64,000 nt of DNA from Candidatus Latescibacterota bacterium (lineage in GTDB: Bacteria > Latescibacterota > UBA2968 > GCA-2709665). The stretch is from positions 4,704,001-4,768,000 of the forward strand of contig OZ220733.1 of assembly GCA_965116875.1 (NCBI GenBank). The letters are read 5' to 3'. Both the position numbers and the translations under genes were made by a program. This document shows positions 10,550 to 19,518 of the stretch, piece after piece. The number at the start of each line of letters is the position of its first letter. The stretch's first letter is position 1. The notes under the pieces are model-generated. The model saw only the letters and a list, made by a program, of their open reading frames with translations. It had not been told where the DNA came from and made no database searches.

Positions 10550-10556
10550 GTGGGCG

Positions 10557-11876
10557 TCATCGCTTCTTCTTGAATACAATCCGTACCGGGGTCCCCTCCA
10601 GTTCGAATCGCTCCCGCAACCGCCGTTCCAGATACCGACGATAGTGTTCCGGCACGTCCCGTGGTCTCGTGGTAAAGAAGATCACCGTTGGCGGCTCCAC
10701 CGTGGGCTGAACACAATAATATACCTTTGACGCCCGTCCCCTCCTTGTGGGCGGCGGATGGGAGGCATTGACCTCTTCCAGGAAACGATTCAGGGCGGAG
10801 GTTGCAATTCGCTGGCGGCGCCTGTCGTAAATCTCGAGCGCCGTTTCCACCAGCTTCCAGGCACGCTGGCCGGATAGCGCGGAGACGAAGAAGATCGGAA
10901 AATCCCTTAACGAGGGAAACCGGCCGACGATGTCCCGTATGTGTACGATGGCCGTTTTGTCGTCTTTCTCAATCAGATCCCATTTGTTCATCGCCAGCAG
11001 CGCGCCCTTGCCCGCTTCGGCCGCGTCGCCGAGAATCTTGACGTCCTGAAGTGTGATGCCTTCGTTCGCATCGGCAATGACGATGGCAACGTCGCACCGG
11101 TCCAGACTCGTCCTGGTGCGTACCGTACTGTAATATTCGACCTGCTCCTTCACCTTCGTACGCCTGCGAAGTCCCGCGGTATCGATCAGCAGGAGTTCTC
11201 GTCCGTCTCGCTTCAATGACAGATCGATTGCATCCCGCGTCGTTCCGGGAACCGGGCTGACCACCATCCGGTCTTCACCGGCCAGCCGATTGATAAAGGT
11301 GGACTTCCCGACATTGGGCCGGCCCACAACCGCAATTCGGGGCGGGCCGTCATCCTCATCGGCGGACGGATCGGCCTCCGGTATGAGCGAGACCACCTCA
11401 TCCAGAAGATCGCCGGACTTCCGCCCGCTCAACGCTGACACTGGAACGGGCTCGCCAAGGGCCAGGCCGTAGAAGCCGGCCACATCCGGCTCGTCCCGGT
11501 CTGAATCCACTTTGTTGACAACCGGCAGGCACGGCGTCCCGTTCAGGCGCACAAGCCGGGCGATGGCCGAGTCGTCGTCGGTCGGACCCGTCTTGGCGTC
11601 CATCACCAGCAGGACCACGTCCGCTTCCGCCACGGCCATTTCCACCTGGTCTCCGACGGATTGTGCGATGCCCGCCTCCGGATTGAGCGTATAGCCGCCC
11701 GTATCCACCAGCGTGAAGACCCGGCGGTTCCACGAAACCTCCGCGTAGTTTCGATCCCTGGTCACGCCTGGCAAATCGTCCACGACGGCCCGCCGCTGCC
11801 CCAGAAACCGGTTGAAGAGCGTGGATTTGCCGACGTTGGGTCGCCCGACTATCGCTACGACGCGTTGCTTCGGCAC
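10557..11876 (-). CDS. der: Ribosome biogenesis GTPase Der (EngA)
   Basis: Two GRPNVGKST P-loops, DTGG/DTAG, NKVD/NKWD; GTG start after GGAG. Confidence 0.98.
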   Translation of the reverse strand: MPKQRVVAIVGRPNVGKSTLFNRFLGQRRAVVDDLPGVTRDRNYAEVSWNRRVFTLVDTGGYTLNPEAGIAQSVGDQVEMAVAEADVVLLVMDAKTGPTDDDSAIARLVRLNGTPCLPVVNKVDSDRDEPDVAGFYGLALGEPVPVSALSGRKSGDLLDEVVSLIPEADPSADEDDGPPRIAVVGRPNVGKSTFINRLAGEDRMVVSPVPGTTRDAIDLSLKRDGRELLLIDTAGLRRRTKVKEQVEYYSTVRTRTSLDRCDVAIVIADANEGITLQDVKILGDAAEAGKGALLAMNKWDLIEKDDKTAIVHIRDIVGRFPSLRDFPIFFVSALSGQRAWKLVETALEIYDRRRQRIATSALNRFLEEVNASHPPPTRRGRASKVYYCVQPTVEPPTVIFFTTRPRDVPEHYRRYLERRLRERFELEGTPVRIVFKKKR

Positions 11877-11901
11877 AGATTGGACTCCATTGCCTGCCGC
11901 G

Positions 11902-13320
11902 TCAGGCCACCTGATGCGACGTGATATACGGATGCTGCGTTTCCGCTGGATCGTGAACTGCGCCCGGGCGCCGCGCATCCCCGCGGGCGACCCGCGCCGC
12001 CGTATCCGCAAGATCATAGGTGCCAACCCGGACCGGGCGTTTCATGGCCAGTTCCACGTCGTTCGGGGTGAGGTCGTCAAGAAACAGGCCGTGATGACTG
12101 ACGCAGTTGGGCGGCAAAATCACGACGTCGGTCTCCTGCCACTGCGTTTCAAGGGCATGCAGCATGTCCGCTCCTGTCAGCAGTCCCGAGACCGTAATTC
12201 CTTCACCCAGAAAGCGGTTCTTCACCTCCACAACGTGCGCGGTCATCCACGGGATCCGGTTCAGTCGCTCCGCCATCGGCCGGATGAAACCCGCACCAAG
12301 CACGCTCGTGACCAGCGTCATTGTAATCGGTCTGCAATTCAGCGTTTCCAGATCGGCCACTCCCTCCTCGAAGAGATCCGAGAACCGCCGGACCATTCCA
12401 ACGCCGTTTTCCACGAGCGGAAAGCCGTCGTAGTGCGCGGCCTCCGGGATTCCCTGACCGGCCATCAGATAGAACTCGTCCCCGAAATAGACGAAATTGA
12501 CGCCGAACCTGCGGTGAAGTTGGCGCTGCCACGCCGCGGCGTGGTCCAGGCACGTTTGTGCGACTTCGGGAGTTACCGGGTCCAGGCGCGGCAGATTCTG
12601 GCGGTACCGGGTCAGTCCCAGTGGAACAATGCCCACGGACGCTATGGAAGGGTACCATTGGGCCAGATCAAACACCGTGCGCTTCAGGTGCTGCCCGTCG
12701 TTGACGCCCGGGCACAGAACAACCTGCGCGTGCATTTGAATGTTGTGTTTCGCCAGGAATCCGATGCGCTCCATGACGTCCACCGGCTCCGAACGCCCCA
12801 GCAACGTACCCCTGAGATCCGGATCGGTGGCGTGGACCGAAATGTACATGGGACTCAGACGCTGTTCGACAATTCTCATAAACTCCGCTTCGGACAGATT
12901 CGTGAGCGTTACGTACGCGCCGTGCAGGAATGAAAGTCTGTAATCATCATCCTGATAATAAAGGGTTTTACGCATTTTCCTTGGCATCTGGTGGAGAAAA
13001 CAGAATACGCACTTGTTGTTGCATTTGATGATGGGCATCTCGGCCAGGGTCAGGCCAAGATCGTCGTCCGTGTCCTTTTCGATATCCACCACGACGACGT
13101 CCGTTCCCCGCCGGAGAACCACCTCCACCGCTTCTTCGGCGACGTGGAAACGATAGTCGATGGGATCGCGAACGGATTCGCCGTTGATGGTCTCGATGAC
13201 GTCCCCGGGAAGGATGCCGACAGCCTCTCCGGTACCTCCGGAGACAACGGCTTCAACACCAATTCCAGCGACAGCTTCATCGACCTGAGGCAGTCCCTCT
13301 ATCTTTCCCGACTTTAACAT
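11902..13320 (-). CDS. PDZ + radical SAM-like DUF512 protein
   Basis: CNNKCVFC, DDDYRLSFLHG, ENGVG, ITVSGLLTG; family commonly adjacent to der. Confidence 0.9.
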   Translation of the reverse strand: MLKSGKIEGLPQVDEAVAGIGVEAVVSGGTGEAVGILPGDVIETINGESVRDPIDYRFHVAEEAVEVVLRRGTDVVVVDIEKDTDDDLGLTLAEMPIIKCNNKCVFCFLHQMPRKMRKTLYYQDDDYRLSFLHGAYVTLTNLSEAEFMRIVEQRLSPMYISVHATDPDLRGTLLGRSEPVDVMERIGFLAKHNIQMHAQVVLCPGVNDGQHLKRTVFDLAQWYPSIASVGIVPLGLTRYRQNLPRLDPVTPEVAQTCLDHAAAWQRQLHRRFGVNFVYFGDEFYLMAGQGIPEAAHYDGFPLVENGVGMVRRFSDLFEEGVADLETLNCRPITMTLVTSVLGAGFIRPMAERLNRIPWMTAHVVEVKNRFLGEGITVSGLLTGADMLHALETQWQETDVVILPPNCVSHHGLFLDDLTPNDVELAMKRPVRVGTYDLADTAARVARGDARRPGAVHDPAETQHPYITSHQVA

Positions 13321-13458
13321 ATGGCGTTATATGTACCTGTTAGAGAATAAAGTGCATAAAAAACTTAACCCATCACTTTGAAGTTAAAGCAAATCGGTGA
13401 AAGGTCAAGAAAAATGTGAGAATCCGGCGGCAAAATCGGATGCGTCTCTGCAAGAACT

Positions 13459-14001
13459 CTACGGTTCGGGAGCGGACAGCAGCCCGGGTCGATCGCCGGC
13501 GATCTGGCACAAAAGGAGTGGGTCCAGATCGATGGCGCCATGCAGGGACTGCGCCTTCAGGAGCTGCTGCGCGGTCAGTCCTTCCGCGCCCGTAAACGTG
13601 GTGCTTCGAAGGTCCGTATTGTGGAATACGGCGTCTGCAAGTTCCGTTTCTTTAAGCGAGCCCTCGCTCAGATCGCAATCGGTAAAATCGGCGCCTGCAA
13701 GCACCGCCCCGTAGAGGTTCACGCAGTTCAGGTTGGCCTGCCGGAAGGTGGCATTCCGGAGATAGGCATCGCTCAGGTCCGTGTGGTCCAGCACGGTGCA
13801 GTCGAAGTTCGCGCCTATAAGCGTGGCGGAACTCAGGTTGTCGTAGCTCAGGTCCATGCCGCTGAAATCCACGCCGCTGAGGTCTTCGTAGCTGAAGTCG
13901 GCGCCGGACAAATCAGGCGTGAGACTCTCGTTTTCAGTCCGCCATCGATTCCAGCCCTGAACGCTGTTCCTGATGATCTCAAGGTGGTTCGGATTCGCCA
14001 T
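13459..14001 (-). CDS. Pentapeptide repeat protein
   Basis: WNRWR..N...PDLSGADFS followed by many A(D/N)(L/F)xx repeats. Confidence 0.92.
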   Translation of the reverse strand: MANPNHLEIIRNSVQGWNRWRTENESLTPDLSGADFSYEDLSGVDFSGMDLSYDNLSSATLIGANFDCTVLDHTDLSDAYLRNATFRQANLNCVNLYGAVLAGADFTDCDLSEGSLKETELADAVFHNTDLRSTTFTGAEGLTAQQLLKAQSLHGAIDLDPLLLCQIAGDRPGLLSAPEP

Positions 14002-14031
14002 ATTTCGACCGTACTGGATGTCTTGAGGCGC

Positions 14032-14931
14032 TTACGTCGCGAGCGTTTCGACGAAAAAGCTCACGAAGCGCCCGGAATCCACATCCACACAAACCTCCGC
14101 GTTCGCCTCTACGTCGTCGGACCGGACCGGGACCGTCGCGCCGTTGAGCCTGTCGGAGCACGTTTCAACGTGGATGGCGCCGGACCGGGTTTCACAGAAC
14201 GTGGGATCGAACACCATCGCTACGGCGAGAGGATCGTGCAGTATGGGATGTTCACGCCCGGAATCCTCCCGCCAGAGCTGAATAAGATCGAGGCAGAGCC
14301 GGTTGATGGGCCTGCCCGCGTCACCGATCGCCTGTACCTGCGCGGTATCCAGGCGGCACTTTTCGGTCACGTCGAGGCCCACCATGGTGATCGGAGCCCC
14401 GGCGCCGAACACCACGTGCGCCGCTTCGGGGTCGCAGAGGATGTTCCACTCCGCCCTCATCCGCCCCACGCATCCGCCCATCAGACAGATCGTCATCTTC
14501 CGCGCCAGACGCGGCTCCACCGTCAACGCGGCCGCGATATTCGTCAGTGGGCCGATTGGAACAAGCGTTATGTCTCCGGCGCCGCCCATTACCGTTTCGA
14601 CGATGAAATCGACCGCCCGCTCCTCGGCAGGCTGCGACGGTCCCGGGTATCGCCGGATGGCCGCCATCTGCCGCGGTCGATGCTTCTCAATGGCGGCCTG
14701 CCCCTTCGATGCGGTATCGAAAAGCGGCTTGCCGAGACCGGCGTAGACGGGAACGTCGCCCCTTCCCAGCGCATCCAGGACGCAACACGCCAGCTCAGCT
14801 CGTCGCGCCGTATCGCGGAACACCGTCGTCACACCCACAAGCTCGATCTCCCCGCAAAGCAGCGCGAAAGCCAGCGCCAACGCGTCATCCACGTCGTCGC
14901 CGATATCCGTGTCGAGGATGATTTTCTTCAT
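14032..14931 (-). CDS. Nucleoside hydrolase (IU-NH family)
   Basis: DTDIGDDVDD, IGPLTNIA, AEWNI..DPEAA, LHDPLA. Confidence 0.93.
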   Translation of the reverse strand: MKKIILDTDIGDDVDDALALAFALLCGEIELVGVTTVFRDTARRAELACCVLDALGRGDVPVYAGLGKPLFDTASKGQAAIEKHRPRQMAAIRRYPGPSQPAEERAVDFIVETVMGGAGDITLVPIGPLTNIAAALTVEPRLARKMTICLMGGCVGRMRAEWNILCDPEAAHVVFGAGAPITMVGLDVTEKCRLDTAQVQAIGDAGRPINRLCLDLIQLWREDSGREHPILHDPLAVAMVFDPTFCETRSGAIHVETCSDRLNGATVPVRSDDVEANAEVCVDVDSGRFVSFFVETLAT

Positions 14932-14989
14932 TGGTTTCCCTTTTCCCGTACCTGTACACATATCACACCTGTTCAAAAACGGATCAATT

Positions 14990-15019
14990 AACTACAAATG
15001 TCGCGAATATACGCGAAAT
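14990..15019 (+). repeat. Solo AACTAC-type repeat unit (GxxExxY-flanking family)
   Basis: AACTACAAATGTCGCGAATATACGCGAAAT; close to the unit AACTACAAATGACGCGAA upstream of GxxExxY. Confidence 0.6.
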
Positions 15020-15060
15020 ATATGGCTGGAGAAATCGTCCACATACGCGAACCGACGGCC

Positions 15061-15170
15061 AACCTGGTTTTCGTGATCCGGATCAATCCCGTACAAAACC
15101 GCCAATTGAAGCCACTTTTCGAACCTCATCTCCGAGAATTCCACGGTTCCTGGACAACAATGTCCGCACA
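15061..15170 (-). pseudogene. Fragment of an unknown small gene, copy A
   Basis: HCCPGTVEFSEMRFEKWLQLAVLY; homologous to 16497-16602 with synonymous changes in this frame. Confidence 0.45.
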
Positions 15171-15177
15171 TGTATTC

Positions 15178-15202
15178 GTAGGGGCGACCCTTGTGGTCGC
15201 CT
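15178..15202 (+). repeat. GTAG-class REP palindrome
   Basis: GTAG-GGGCGACC-cttgt-GGTCGCCT. Confidence 0.75.
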
Positions 15203-15247
15203 TGGGGTCGGCAGACTTCGAATGTCAATGCAGACCTGCCGAAACGT

Positions 15248-15271
15248 GGTCATTGAGCTTGTCGAAATGCC
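15248..15271 (+). repeat. TGAGCTTGTCGAA micro-hairpin repeat
   Basis: GGTCATTGAGCTTGTCGAAATGCC; same core as 16323-16345 and 25631-25650. Confidence 0.65.
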
Positions 15272-15286
15272 CGTGTATCGTACACC

Positions 15287-15952
15287 CTACCCCACTTCAC
15301 CTGCTTCTGATTCAGAATTAGACCATTCCTGGATCAAGACGGATGGATTATCCGCATCCACGGGCCGCGCACCTTGTTCAAACAAGTGCGAATTATCCTC
15401 TGAAGCCAGCGCGAACACCGTTTTCCCAGCCCCAGTCGCCTCCCGGCAGAGCGCCTCGATCTTCCCCCCTGTTTCCCCGTGGGCGATCAGGATGACGTCC
15501 GCGAGCCCGGCGACACGTGCATTTCGTTCGGCTGCGGTCGCTGCGGTGGGACGACGGACCCGGTCGTCGAAAAAGGACAGAAACATGAGACGGCCATCAT
15601 TGAGCGGTTGTTTCCATACCTCTAGAATCCGCATCTTGCAGAGCCCGCGGGCCGGACAGACGACGACCTGTGCCGATCCTCGCAACAACAGGCTCAGGAA
15701 TTCCCGTTCCATTGGCGACTGAAACCCACCCACAAACGTGACGCCAAAGTCCCGCACAGCCCTCGCAAGATCGAACGTCTTCAGGATCACGTCGCCGGGA
15801 CATCGGACCGAACAGAAGAAACCGATCAACCGGCCCTCAAGGATCGCCGGATCCCCCAATACTGCAACCGGCTCCTCTCCCCGGGCGCCGATGCATCGCC
15901 TCAACACCGCCGGCAGTTCCGGCGTGCATCTGTCGAAACGCACGATATTCAA
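15287..15952 (-). CDS. Short DprA/Smf-like (SLOG fold) protein
   Basis: LGDPAIL..RLIGFFCSVRCPG, VGGFQSPMERE, AERNARVAGLAD. Confidence 0.75.
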   Translation of the reverse strand: MNIVRFDRCTPELPAVLRRCIGARGEEPVAVLGDPAILEGRLIGFFCSVRCPGDVILKTFDLARAVRDFGVTFVGGFQSPMEREFLSLLLRGSAQVVVCPARGLCKMRILEVWKQPLNDGRLMFLSFFDDRVRRPTAATAAERNARVAGLADVILIAHGETGGKIEALCREATGAGKTVFALASEDNSHLFEQGARPVDADNPSVLIQEWSNSESEAGEVG

Positions 15953-16086
15953 TAGATTATTTCCGGGCTGATTTTCGGGCGAAAGCTCAGGTTTGGTTCA
16001 ATTCGAAACAAAACAACCGTCAATTTACCGCAAAAAGCACAAAAGGCACAGAAGGTTACATTGCGTGAACGAGGGGAAAGGGAATC

Positions 16087-16130
16087 AAACTACGAATAAC
16101 GCGAATCGACGCGAAAAAGGCTGAAAGGCA
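16087..16130 (+). repeat. Solo AAACTACGAA repeat unit (GxxExxY-flanking family)
   Basis: AAACTACGAATAACGCGAATCGACGCGAAAAAGGCTGAAAGGCA; near-consensus of the 17.7-kb array. Confidence 0.8.
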
Positions 16131-16166
16131 GAAAAAAGCATTGGTCAGTGGTCAGCGAGAAAACGG

Positions 16167-16468
16167 GAGATTCTTCGACTCCGCTCAGAATGACACGTTG
16201 ACCGATAGGCGGGCACGTTGCTTCCCGCTGTCATCCAGAGGAGGCCTGCGCGCGACGCCGGCGAAACATACCCGTTACACGTACTTCCCACTGTCATTTC
16301 CGGAAGACTTGCCCTGAGCCTGCGGTCCCTGAGCTTGTCGAAGAGTCGAAAGATGCGCAGGCCGACGAAGGATCTACTGCAGCATCAGATCAACGGCGAG
16401 CGTCTCCCTATCAGTCTGAACAAAAATGCAGCACAAGCGTTCCTGCTTCGACTTCGCTCAGAATGACA
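16167..16468. repeat. Cluster of TGTCAT-headed hairpin repeats in both orientations, including a nested copy
   Basis: 16167-16195 and 16446-16468 (minus: TGTCATTCTGAGCG(G/A)AGTCGAAG); starts at 16229 and 16292 on the plus strand. Confidence 0.7.
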
Positions 16469-16496
16469 TGGGTTGCAACAGATGCGAACCCATGAC

Positions 16497-16602
16497 AACC
16501 TGTTCATTGTTATCCGAGTCAGACCTGTACAAGATCGCCAATTGAAGGCACTTTTCAAACCTCATCTCCAGGAATCCCACGGTTCCTGGACAGCAATGTG
16601 AC
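16497..16602 (-). pseudogene. Fragment of an unknown small gene, copy B
   Basis: HCCPGTVGFLEMRFEKCLQLAILY; homologous to 15061-15170. Confidence 0.45.
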
Positions 16603-16651
16603 CTCATAAATATTTCTCTAATTCGCGCTGGACGGGTTCAGTTCTTCTGTT

Positions 16652-16741
16652 TCATGCACGTGTCGAGCCTGGCATTACATCCGCAACTTCGCCTAGATCA
16701 ACGCGTGCCGTTTCAAGCCACACTCTCACTTGATTTCTCAT
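16652..16741 (-). pseudogene. Truncated HEPN-domain toxin (N-terminal remnant)
   Basis: MRNQVRVWLETARVDL then stop after 29 aa; overlaps the end of the MNT gene as in MNT-HEPN pairs. Confidence 0.6.
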
Positions 16742-17071
16742 ATAGCGTCTTTCCTGAGCGTTCAATCCGATTGAGAAACGAAGCGCCCTGCAGCTTTAGA
16801 AGCTCGTACTCGGCCCTGGTGTACACAACAAGGTCTATCGGAAGCCTCCTGTTTATCTCTCGGATACGATTCCGTACTGTAATTCTTGCTGCCATCCTTT
16901 CGTGATAGTTGCGCGGGACCGCCTGCGAGTCCAGCATGACCAGAAGATCGATATCGCTCGCCGCACCTTGCACCCCCGATGCGGCCGATCCGAACAGGAC
17001 GATCCTGTAAGGATCGACGTTCAAGAGAAGCGATACGATACCATCCAGATTGCTTGCTGTTTTGCATCCAT
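16713..17071 (-). pseudogene. Minimal nucleotidyltransferase (MNT antitoxin), apparent frameshift near the start
   Basis: IVLFGSAA...SDIDLLV...PIDLVVYT; GGAG-led ATG at 17071 is out of frame; TTG 17024 could still give a shortened protein. Confidence 0.7.
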
Positions 17072-17125
17072 ATTGTCAACTCCAACGGTATAGTCATCAG
17101 GCGACGGCTCACGAAAGCCTACATC

Positions 17126-17365
17126 TCACGCGAACTCATAGAGCGGCACTGTCGTTTCCTGCTGGCGGTCCTCCTCCAGCAGGCGTTCAATCCTCCGAAC
17201 CGTCTCGAGATTCAGCAGCACATCGCCGCAGGAGGAACAGACCTCGACCGGAACATGGTCGATGACGATCAGCTGGCCGTCATGTCGTACGGTGTGCGTC
17301 ACCTCCTTCGCTTCGTATTGTCCCTGGCATCCGTCGAAGCTGCAATTCACGTCGATCGTCTCCAT
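17126..17365 (-). CDS. YgiT/MqsA-type zinc-finger protein
   Basis: CSFDGC...VIDHVPVEVCSSCGD, 79 aa. Confidence 0.85.
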   Translation of the reverse strand: METIDVNCSFDGCQGQYEAKEVTHTVRHDGQLIVIDHVPVEVCSSCGDVLLNLETVRRIERLLEEDRQQETTVPLYEFA

Positions 17366-17659
17366 TCATACGAAAAGCGCGTCCTTTTCGATACGTAGAA
17401 TTAACGGAGTGCGGATGTTCTTACTCAGTCGGCGGATATCCACCCTGCACCCGAGAGCTTGTTCCAGATAGATGTGAAGTCCGGCCAGATCGTCAAACTT
17501 TGGTTTCCTGAGTTCTACAACGAAATCGACGTCGCTGTCTTCCCGCTGCGTACCCGAAGCGTATGACCCGTACAGGCCGATCCGGCGGACGCCAAATTGA
17601 CGATCCAGTTCCGCTTTATTCTGGGCAAGAAACCTGAGGATGTCCTGTCTCGATTTCAT
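17366..17659 (-). CDS. Minimal nucleotidyltransferase (MNT antitoxin)
   Basis: GVRRIGLYGSYASG...DSDVDFVVE...LG..VD. Confidence 0.9.
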   Translation of the reverse strand: MKSRQDILRFLAQNKAELDRQFGVRRIGLYGSYASGTQREDSDVDFVVELRKPKFDDLAGLHIYLEQALGCRVDIRRLSKNIRTPLILRIEKDALFV

Positions 17660-17702
17660 TGTCGCTTCTCAAATTACGGGTGCGTGAAGTTCGATGAAAG
17701 CA

Positions 17703-17916
17703 AAACTACGAATAACACGAATTGACGCGAATAAGGCGGAAAAGCACGAAACTACGAATATACGAAAAGGCACGAAAAGGCAGAGGCATTAAACTACGAA
17801 TAACGCGAACAAGGCGGAAAGTCACAAACTTCGAAAAAGCGCGAAAAAGGCTGAAAGGCAAAACTACGAACAGCGCGAATAGACGGGAAAAAGGCTGAGA
17901 ATCATCAAAATACGAA
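17703..17916 (+). repeat. Degenerate tandem array, six AAA(C/A)T(A/T)CGAA-headed units (five of 35-46 bp plus a truncated sixth)
   Basis: Units read directly; internal CGAA/GGAA recurrence every 8-10 bp. Confidence 0.85.
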
Positions 17917-17935
17917 AAAATGGGAATGATGAGGC

Positions 17936-18321
17936 CTATTGTTCGTTTACGAAACGTTCGTATTCCAGCCCTGGATGATGGCCGAAGTTGACGAGCAGAC
18001 CGAGTTTCACGCCGGTTGATTTCAGGTAGTTGATGATCTGGGCGCGATGTTCATCGTTCAGTTGTTTCACTGCCTTGATTTCCACGACGATTTTATCGGA
18101 ACAGAGAAAATTCGGCTGGTAGAACTGATTCAACGCCAGTCTCTTATAATGAAGTCTTGAATCTTTTTTCTCCTGTTACGGGATCGCGGAAGAAGCGAAT
18201 TCTATTGCAAGACACTCCTTGTAAACCGCTTCGAGAAAGCCGGCTCCTTTCTCGTTATGCGCTTCAAAACAGCCCCTATAATTCGATAGCTTTCCTCTCT
18301 GTAGACGATTGTGCTGGTCAT
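17936..18321 (-). pseudogene. GxxExxY protein (PD-(D/E)xK-like nuclease), frameshift plus internal TAA
   Basis: MTSTIVYREESYRIIGA / FEAHNEKGAGFLEAVYKECLAIEF...IP* ...KIVVEIKAV...HRAQIINYLK..G.KLGLLVNFG. Confidence 0.88.
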
Positions 18322-18325
18322 TTCT

Positions 18326-18388
18326 TTCGCTTCTGTTCGCGTCATTTGTAGTTCATCAGGTTTGCGTCTATTCGTGACTTTCGTAGTT
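18326..18388 (-). repeat. Two AACTAC units inverted relative to the 17.7-kb array, abutting the GxxExxY ATG
   Basis: Minus strand AACTACGAAAGTCACGAATAGACGCAAA...AACTACAAATGACGCGAACAGAAGCGAA. Confidence 0.8.
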
Positions 18389-18473
18389 AATCAGGAACAT
18401 GGAGCGAATAGTTCGAGGATCTTGCGGTCTGTCCGAAGCGGTCCTGAGCACGTCGGTGTCCAGAACGTGGGAA

Positions 18474-18746
18474 TTAGCGGCCATCATTGCTATAGATCTC
18501 ATCCCTATTCCACGACGTCGATCTTCCCGTCCTGACTGTCACCAGTTCCAGCTTTGGGATATCCGTATCTGTCGTACTTGTCCGGACCAACCCATCGAGA
18601 CCGGATTCATCATTCGACACGGGACGAACAACGAAGCCGCCATGCCCTTTCTCAATCTTAAGATGGTCTCCGGGACCTACCCGCAGCATGTTCAGCACCC
18701 GCTTTGGCAGGGTAACCTGGCCTTCTGAGCTCATCTTGACAATCAT
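18474..18746 (-). CDS. AbrB/MazE-family antitoxin-like protein with no toxin downstream
   Basis: MIVKMSSEGQVTLPKRV...L.VGPGDHL; C-terminal WNRDEIY as in VapB-type antitoxins. Confidence 0.8.
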   Translation of the reverse strand: MIVKMSSEGQVTLPKRVLNMLRVGPGDHLKIEKGHGGFVVRPVSNDESGLDGLVRTSTTDTDIPKLELVTVRTGRSTSWNRDEIYSNDGR

Positions 18747-18890
18747 TGGATCCTCCTTAAAACCAGATACTTCCTGACGTTGTTTCTATTCAGTTTCGTC
18801 GGCATTGGGAACGTCCGCATGATCGTGATGGTTGTGTCTTGGATCACGTATTGATGTGGATTGGACGAGACCGGACTGCAGAGCTCTTTT

Positions 18891-19289
18891 CTACAATTGA
18901 CGGACGTCGGGCAGGGCGGCCATCTTTCGGTCCAGGGTAAGGACCTCCAAATCAGCGCGTGTATAGTCGTCGGCGATCAGCCGATCAAACAGGCCGGCGC
19001 TGCCGGAAGCCTCAAGGGCTTCGAAAACCGAGCCGCCGTTCAGGGGGGAGACCAGGCCGCTGCGCAGCGCGTCTAGCAATGATTCTCGTGCATCGGCTTT
19101 TGATACGCCATAGTGGTGCTGTACCGCAACGTAGGTCTCTCCGATGACCTGGTTTGAAGCGAAGACCTCGTGGCCATGCTCGTTGATCAGCGTCCCTAGT
19201 CTGCTTACGCAGTAGGCGAAGTCTTCTTCCGGGTCTCTTGTGAGCAAACGCACGAGGACTGACGTGTCAATCCCGAAGCGAAGGGGCAT
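18891..19289 (-). CDS. PIN-domain (VapC) toxin
   Basis: GIDTSVLVR, VIGETY, LFDRLI, TLDRK. Confidence 0.88.
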   Translation of the reverse strand: MPLRFGIDTSVLVRLLTRDPEEDFAYCVSRLGTLINEHGHEVFASNQVIGETYVAVQHHYGVSKADARESLLDALRSGLVSPLNGGSVFEALEASGSAGLFDRLIADDYTRADLEVLTLDRKMAALPDVRQL

Positions 19290-19509
19290 ACGATTGCTCC
19301 CTGAAGTCCTGAAGATCAAACGTCCCCTGACCGCGCCGGATCTTATCGCGTAACGTCCCGAGACGGGAAAGATCGATGCGTCTGGGCTTCAGGGCGAATC
19401 CGTCGGGCCCTTCAACGATTTCCAGATGGTCGCCCGGGCCAACCCCCAGTGCGTCCAGCACGCGCGCAGGAAAGGTGACCTGGCGTTTTGAAGTGATTTT
19501 GACAATCAT
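19267..19509 (-). CDS. AbrB-family antitoxin (VapB)
   Basis: MIVKITSKRQVTFPARVLDALGVGPGD; overlaps the PIN gene. Confidence 0.9.
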   Translation of the reverse strand: MIVKITSKRQVTFPARVLDALGVGPGDHLEIVEGPDGFALKPRRIDLSRLGTLRDKIRRGQGTFDLQDFREQSYAPSLRD

Positions 19510-19518
19510 CGCATGCCT

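Noticed and set aside
17703-17916. CRISPR array
   Set aside because: Repeats are short and degenerate, the intervening sequences resemble each other rather than being unique spacers, and no cas genes are present.
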